Shown: positions 59,801 through 64,000 of the stretch, piece by piece
Numbering within the stretch: the stretch's first letter is position 1
Layout: the number at the start of each line of letters is the position of its first letter
Assembly (NCBI GenBank): GCA_964404255.1
Contig: CAYOJJ010000006.1
Location: 11,567 to 75,566, forward strand
DNA length: 64,000 nucleotides
From: an uncultured Alphaproteobacteria bacterium
Lineage (GTDB): Bacteria > Bacteroidota > Ignavibacteria > Palsa-1295
Reading direction: 5' to 3'
The notes under the pieces: generated by a model
Told to the model about the DNA's origin: nothing
Database searches by the model: none
Seen by the model: the letters and a program-made list of their open reading frames with translations, nothing else
Position numbers and translations under genes: made by a program

Positions 59801-62800
59801 GCATTCAAATACCGCTTATTTCGGAAATGTGGACCTATGGCTCGGTAATGTTGATAACACCGCAAGAGGGCTGCGCTTTTACGAACCCAATTCATCGCGC
59901 ACCTATACCAATACTAACTTTTCATCCTTCAAAGCCGGGACACAAACGGATGATATTATTTATACACTGCCGACTTCGCAGCCAACCGTCAATCAGATAC
60001 TTTCCGTCACTTCAGTAAGCGGGTCCTCTCCATACGAAGTAGCCCTTGGCTGGGCAACGAGCACCGGGCCGGCCTGGAATCTTACCGGGAATAGTGGTAC
60101 TACGATCGGCACAAATTTCCTGGGCACGACCGATAATCAACCCTTTGAAATACTTGTAAAGAATGGAAGCTCTATTAGTAATTCCTTGATCTTTGAATCT
60201 AATGGCTCTATTCATCGGGACAATCAGGGGAATGCCCGCGGAGCGTATGCCATCGATCTGCAATCTCTTCCGACCGGTGCCTCAGCACTTCATGTAGCCA
60301 GCGGTAATCAATCTGCCATTTTGGGTGGAGTAAGTAACCAGGCAAGCGGGGCCTATTCTGTTAGCACCGCAGGATATGATAATATCGCATCCGGAGACTA
60401 TTCTGCTATTGGCGGTGGAGATGCAAACAGCGCAACGGGCAGCCATGCAACTATTAGTGGTGGGCGGTATAACGTTGCCTCGGGAGATGGGTCATTTATC
60501 GGTGGCGGTGGTTATCAGGGAGCGACGAAACCTAATGTTGCTGCCGGTACTGCTTCGGCGATTGTCGGAGGATGGGCCAATTATACTGCGGGGTTCTATT
60601 CATCAGTGGCCGGAGGAGAAAGTAATGGGGTAACAGGTACAAGTTCTGCCATTGCCGGAGGAGGATATTTGCGCTTAGCAGGCAACGGATCTTTTGGTTT
60701 TAATAATGGAAGCAGCGCCTCGGATAGTGCTTATGTAAGTGCGAACGCTACGGCCTATTTTGGCAATGTCGATCTGTGGCTTGGTAATACCAATAACACC
60801 GCAAGCCAGTTGAGATTTTATGAAGCGCAAAATGGCGGCATAACCATGCCGGGAGCTGCTACAAATTATTCGGCATTCAAAGCCGGTGCACAAACAGCCG
60901 ATATTACTTATACGCTTCCAACAACCCAGCCGAGCGCTAATCAAGTGCTTTCGGCAACGACCGTCAGTGGAACGGGGCCTTATTCCGTAACTCTTGGTTG
61001 GGCAGATGCCGGTACTGGCAGTGGGTTTGTCAATTACGGTCCAACGACTGCTCAAGCTACACTGACTCCGAGAACAACACCGCTATTTAATATAGCCTAT
61101 ATATCTTCTGCCGCTAATGCTAATGCCGCAGGCGCTACTATTACATCCAGTGCAGGAACCGCGGGTAATTTTAATGCTACCGGTCTAACTGTTATTGCTA
61201 CTGCTACCGGCACCGGGCTTGCAAGAGCTATCGATGCAACCGGAAGAGTAAATATTAATGCGCCGTCGAGTTATGATATTGGCGGGACAAGATTTTTATG
61301 GACGGGCGCAAATTCTTCAAATCAGAATACTCTGGTCGGTAATACCGGGAATACAGTAAATGCTGCAAACCTTAATACGTTTGTAGGATACAATGCCGGA
61401 TACAGCAATGATTATGGGGATGGTAATACGTTTCTGGGTGCAGAAAGCGGTAAGAATACAAACGGCGCTTCTGGCTCGGATAACACATTCGTTGGCGCTG
61501 AATCGGGCTATTCGAATACTGATGGAACACAGAATACTTTTATCGGCAGTTATTCCGGCTATTTCAATACTACAGGAAATTATAATATTTTTATTGGTGA
61601 AAATACCGGTTTTTCAAATGTCAGTGGGACAAGCAATACATTTGTGGGAATGAATGCCGGCTGGCAAAATACGGCAAACAGTAATTCGCTGTTCGGACAA
61701 GGTTCTGGATTTAACCTTAAAACAGGATCAAACAATACCTTTATAGGAGTATCAAGCGGTTACTACGATACTTCGGGAGGAAGTAACGTTATGATCGGGG
61801 TCAGTTCGGGCCTTTACCATAAGGCCGGAGATAATAATACCTACATCGGAAGAGGCTCGGGAAGTATCGATACGGCAGGTATCAATAATACAATGATAGG
61901 ATATGGAGCAAGCCCAACGGCAGGTCATTTCAGTAATGCGACAGCTATTGGAGCTTCGGCACAGGTCGGCGCAAGTAATAGTATCATTCTCGGTAGTATT
62001 TCCCCGGTAACAAAAGTCGGAATTGGTACCATTGCTCCGCAACAACAATTAAATATTGAGAACGGTAATGTTCTTCTTTCGAGAACGACAGGCAATAGTC
62101 CGGATTCAATACAATTCCAGGGTACGGGCACCGGAATATCTTCATTTGCTGCCGGAGCCCAAAGTACAACCACGATAAATTATACATTGCCGACCTCGCA
62201 GCCAAGTGCTAACCAAGTGCTGACGGCAAGTTCGGTAAGTGGCTCTGGTCCCTATTCGGTTGCTCTTAGTTGGGCTAATAGTACTGCGTCGGTTTGGAGT
62301 CTGTCCGGAAATAGTGGAACAAGTTCTTCGTCCAATTTTATTGGCACGACGGATAATCAGGATCTCGTCATTAAAACCAATAATAGTGAGGCTCTTCGGG
62401 TAAAAGCCTCCGGGAATATTGGTCTTGGCACCACTACTCCTTCTCATAAATTACATAGTGTTAATAGCACCACTACCGATGAAGTTGCTGCTATCTATGG
62501 TACTACCACCAGCTCGACTTCCAGCCAGTCTATTGGTATGTGGGCAGATGCAAGTAATACTGCCACTTCAAATACCGGTACTATTGCTATGCTTGCTACG
62601 GGTAATGGGAATACAACGGCCGGACAAACCAACATTGCCCTCCAGGTAAACGATGGAGAATTTACTATAGGAAGAACAACAGAAACGCCAACGACGGGTA
62701 CCACCGTTAATGCTGCTACCGGTGGTACCGATTACTCTGCAGAAGGACCGAGTGGGATGGTTGAATTGACACTGGGCAATGGAAATCTTGCAACTGCTGC

Positions 62801-63077
62801 TCCCACCGCCAACACGATGCAGAGTTTTGGAGCAATCACTATTAATAATCGATATTGTCAGGCAGCAAGTATCGTACTGGTCAATGTATCGGGTATGACC
62901 GAAGATGGCACAGCACCGGATGTGCGGGATGCAGCATTCATAGTAAATGTAGATAATATCGCCGCAGGGTCATTTTCAGTTCGTATCAAGATGATACCTT
63001 CGGCCACCAATGCTACCAACTATAGCTCGAACGATAAAATAAGAATAGGGTACGTCATTGTAAATCCTTCCAGATAA
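56880..63077 (+). CDS. Giant secreted repeat protein (2065 aa) with ~6 internal ~200-aa repeats and tail-fibre-like NxFxGxxAG C-terminal region
   Basis: Signal peptide. Repeats of FKAGTQ..DIIYTLPTSQPTANQVLSATSVSGSGPY..LGW...WNLTGNSGTT.GTNFLGTTDNQP. A C-terminal run of NTFVG..AG / NTFIG..SG heptad-like repeats is followed by ATAIGASAQVGASNSIILGS...VGIGT. Confidence 0.7.
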   Translation: MKDIAMATHRRAQWLVLGLLLCGAINIASAQVPKTISYQGRIQQGTSLVSGKHLLHIAFYDAETGGTKLYEESQQQEISDGLFSIVIGTVTPFPASLPFDKPYFLAISIDGADELLPRTPMTSVPYSLNSHYAELAKGLTPDANGVVTSINELSGAIRITGDSTTAITQTGNIISIHSFGSGSTATAGIQSITSPDKTIAITGTAGPSTTIGVADNAITTSKLANGAVTLSKINQSGAKIGQIIKWNGSSWVAADTTIPSASNLIPGTTPNSTLRWNGTQWVENTNLRSDATGNTSVNGSTTLGDGTGNDDLTIQPGSGVVKIAGFGKGVVKSTAVGVLSSTALDLANDVTGILSVSKGGTGVSTLPVGQLLVGNGVNPISTMSLNAGAGIAISSNGSALTITNIDTLQWKLLGNTTINPATQFLGTTDLNPIPFRTNNIEHMRLDASGKLGIGTTVPSQLLEVRNGNILISNSGTAGSLQIAAPGNSLSTAFTTSSQTADITYKLPPSIGTANQALAIASVSGTTATLGWVNAASATAWNLIGNSSTTAGTNFLGTTDDQPLYVQVKNGATVSNSLILNPNGSIQHSPTRNARGASAVDLQLNGAVGTHVASGQYSVLSGGRNNVAGGDGSVVAGGEGNSTVSNYSVVGGGASSVAGGSYSVVSGGNLNSASGALSSVIGGIANESFGARSSVLGGGYLKLGANSVGYNYESGTTITNISALSNLAYFGNVDMMIGNTDNTARELRFYEPNTSFTYTATNFSSFKAGTQASDIIYILPTSQPTANQVLSATSITGSGPYTIGLGWTNSANAAWNLTGNSGTTDGTNFLGTTDNVPFTIRANNIRAFRIEPFAGAVNIIAGINTNSVGSGFSGATISGGGSTFSPNTISNYFATISGGAQNTVTANGGVVAGGQVNAAGGSVGSTVSGGFYNTASGSLSSIAGGSSLKVGNLSFGFNGEQYSINPSTTITDISSHSNTAYFGNVDLWLGNVDNTARGLRFYEPNSSRTYTNTNFSSFKAGTQTDDIIYTLPTSQPTVNQILSVTSVSGSSPYEVALGWATSTGPAWNLTGNSGTTIGTNFLGTTDNQPFEILVKNGSSISNSLIFESNGSIHRDNQGNARGAYAIDLQSLPTGASALHVASGNQSAILGGVSNQASGAYSVSTAGYDNIASGDYSAIGGGDANSATGSHATISGGRYNVASGDGSFIGGGGYQGATKPNVAAGTASAIVGGWANYTAGFYSSVAGGESNGVTGTSSAIAGGGYLRLAGNGSFGFNNGSSASDSAYVSANATAYFGNVDLWLGNTNNTASQLRFYEAQNGGITMPGAATNYSAFKAGAQTADITYTLPTTQPSANQVLSATTVSGTGPYSVTLGWADAGTGSGFVNYGPTTAQATLTPRTTPLFNIAYISSAANANAAGATITSSAGTAGNFNATGLTVIATATGTGLARAIDATGRVNINAPSSYDIGGTRFLWTGANSSNQNTLVGNTGNTVNAANLNTFVGYNAGYSNDYGDGNTFLGAESGKNTNGASGSDNTFVGAESGYSNTDGTQNTFIGSYSGYFNTTGNYNIFIGENTGFSNVSGTSNTFVGMNAGWQNTANSNSLFGQGSGFNLKTGSNNTFIGVSSGYYDTSGGSNVMIGVSSGLYHKAGDNNTYIGRGSGSIDTAGINNTMIGYGASPTAGHFSNATAIGASAQVGASNSIILGSISPVTKVGIGTIAPQQQLNIENGNVLLSRTTGNSPDSIQFQGTGTGISSFAAGAQSTTTINYTLPTSQPSANQVLTASSVSGSGPYSVALSWANSTASVWSLSGNSGTSSSSNFIGTTDNQDLVIKTNNSEALRVKASGNIGLGTTTPSHKLHSVNSTTTDEVAAIYGTTTSSTSSQSIGMWADASNTATSNTGTIAMLATGNGNTTAGQTNIALQVNDGEFTIGRTTETPTTGTTVNAATGGTDYSAEGPSGMVELTLGNGNLATAAPTANTMQSFGAITINNRYCQAASIVLVNVSGMTEDGTAPDVRDAAFIVNVDNIAAGSFSVRIKMIPSATNATNYSSNDKIRIGYVIVNPSR

Positions 63078-63086
63078 GAAGCAACT

Positions 63087-64000
63087 ATGATTCGTACCAT
63101 TTGTGCTCTGGTAGCAATACTGATATTGTTAGTAGAACCGATTCGGGCACAGACGATCTCCGGAGTGATCAATACTTATTATAAAGTTATTGATGTCGAT
63201 AGTTGTCATAACCAATTGATCGTTTCTTCAACAACAGGGCTTACCGCCGGAATGAAGCTACTGCTTATTCAAATGCAAGGAGCCGTCGTTGATCGTAGCA
63301 ATACTGCTTCTTTTGGATCGATAACTTCATTGGAAGGTGCAGGCACTCATGAATTTGTAACGATCGAATCGGTTACTGCTACCACTATAACGATCAGGAA
63401 TAAACTCTTGCATCACTATGATGCGCTTTCGCAAGTGCAGGCAGTCGCTGTGCCGCAGTACTCTTCGGCAACGGTTGTAAGCACACTGCTTGCCGGAGCC
63501 TGGGATGGCGAAAAGGGTGGCGTGCTGGTACTGATGGCCGATACACTCACCCTTCGAGGCGATATAGAAGCCTCCGGTCTTGGGTTTCGCGGAGGCTTCG
63601 TTTCAAATAACTCCGGAGCAACTTCCAAACAAGATTATTTCTACGATGGCGTTTCCGGCGAGGGGGCGTTTAAAGGAGAAGGCATTTCAATTGCCACTAC
63701 TGCATACGAAGCAGGTCGTGGTGCCATTGCCAATGGCGGTGGTGGTGGGAATGCCCGCAACAGTGGCGGTGGAGGTGGCGCTTGCGCCGGTAATGGAGGC
63801 AGAGGTGGCGATCAGATCGATCAATTTACGCGAATTCCTATCGGTGGCGAAGGCGGGTATGAAGTTCATGCTTCTCCATCGCAAATTATTATGGGCGGAG
63901 GAGGAGGAGGAGGACAGCAAAATGATTTTGCCGGAAGTTCGGGCGGTGCCGGCGGTGGAATAATTTATATCAAAGCAAACGTACTGATGGGAGGCGCTGC
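63087..64000 (+). CDS. Secreted Gly-rich protein, partial (continues beyond window end)
   Basis: My translation is MIRTICALVAILILLVEPIRAQ (signal) ... GGGGGNARNSGGGGGACAGNGGRGG ... GGGGGGQQNDFAGSSGGAGGG. The frame stays open to position 64000 and is absent from the complete-ORF track. Confidence 0.5.
   Translation, partial: MIRTICALVAILILLVEPIRAQTISGVINTYYKVIDVDSCHNQLIVSSTTGLTAGMKLLLIQMQGAVVDRSNTASFGSITSLEGAGTHEFVTIESVTATTITIRNKLLHHYDALSQVQAVAVPQYSSATVVSTLLAGAWDGEKGGVLVLMADTLTLRGDIEASGLGFRGGFVSNNSGATSKQDYFYDGVSGEGAFKGEGISIATTAYEAGRGAIANGGGGGNARNSGGGGGACAGNGGRGGDQIDQFTRIPIGGEGGYEVHASPSQIIMGGGGGGGQQNDFAGSSGGAGGGIIYIKANVLMGGA

Noticed and set aside
1-64000. CRISPR arrays, rRNA genes, transposases/IS elements
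   Set aside because: I found no regularly spaced short direct repeats, no rRNA-like conserved stretches, and no DDE or HUH transposase-like ORFs on either strand.

Overview
This is a 64-kb chromosomal window, probably from a Bacteroidota/FCB-group bacterium: several proteins end in T9SS C-terminal sorting domains (PYPNPA-type), there are three ECF sigma/anti-sigma pairs, and start contexts lack Shine-Dalgarno sequences. Most of the window is core metabolism and housekeeping. Recognisable genes include a partial kynureninase, a persulfide dioxygenase-rhodanese sulfur cluster, ogt, tsaB/tsaE, proS, a hom-metX-metY-family operon controlled by a SAM-I (S-box) riboswitch, clpX, SCO1, an M3 peptidase, and many secreted or lipoprotein hypotheticals.

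Three accessory regions stand out.

1. 33916-36999 (-): a visibly AT-rich insertion of a single ~1027-aa gene encoding a NACHT-type STAND NTPase (GDPGGGKST P-loop, IVIFDGLDEL Walker B). It has an uncharacterised ~280-aa N-terminal domain and a long helical C-terminus, and sits between clpX and a lipoprotein gene. This is a candidate single-gene antiphage/defence module and the best candidate for an undescribed system in the window.

2. 47563-55057: a single tRNA (Gln-CUG-like) with its own terminator, followed by an AT-rich three-gene glycan-modification cassette. The cassette is a GT32 glycosyltransferase, a GT25 / P-loop-like / GH16 fusion, and a NodU/CmcH-type carbamoyltransferase. It is bracketed by two ~65-bp direct repeats that each contain a GGGTCA-based palindrome. 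A P4-like primase and AAA_25 helicase pair follows on the opposite strand, with no integrase in the window.

3. 55226-64000: an ECF sigma factor, an anti-sigma factor with a BNR/Ycf48-like beta-propeller, a 2065-aa secreted giant protein with about six internal ~200-aa repeats and a tail-fibre-like N-x-F-x-G-x-x-A-G C-terminal region, and a partial Gly-rich secreted protein.

No CRISPR array, rRNA or transposase was seen.
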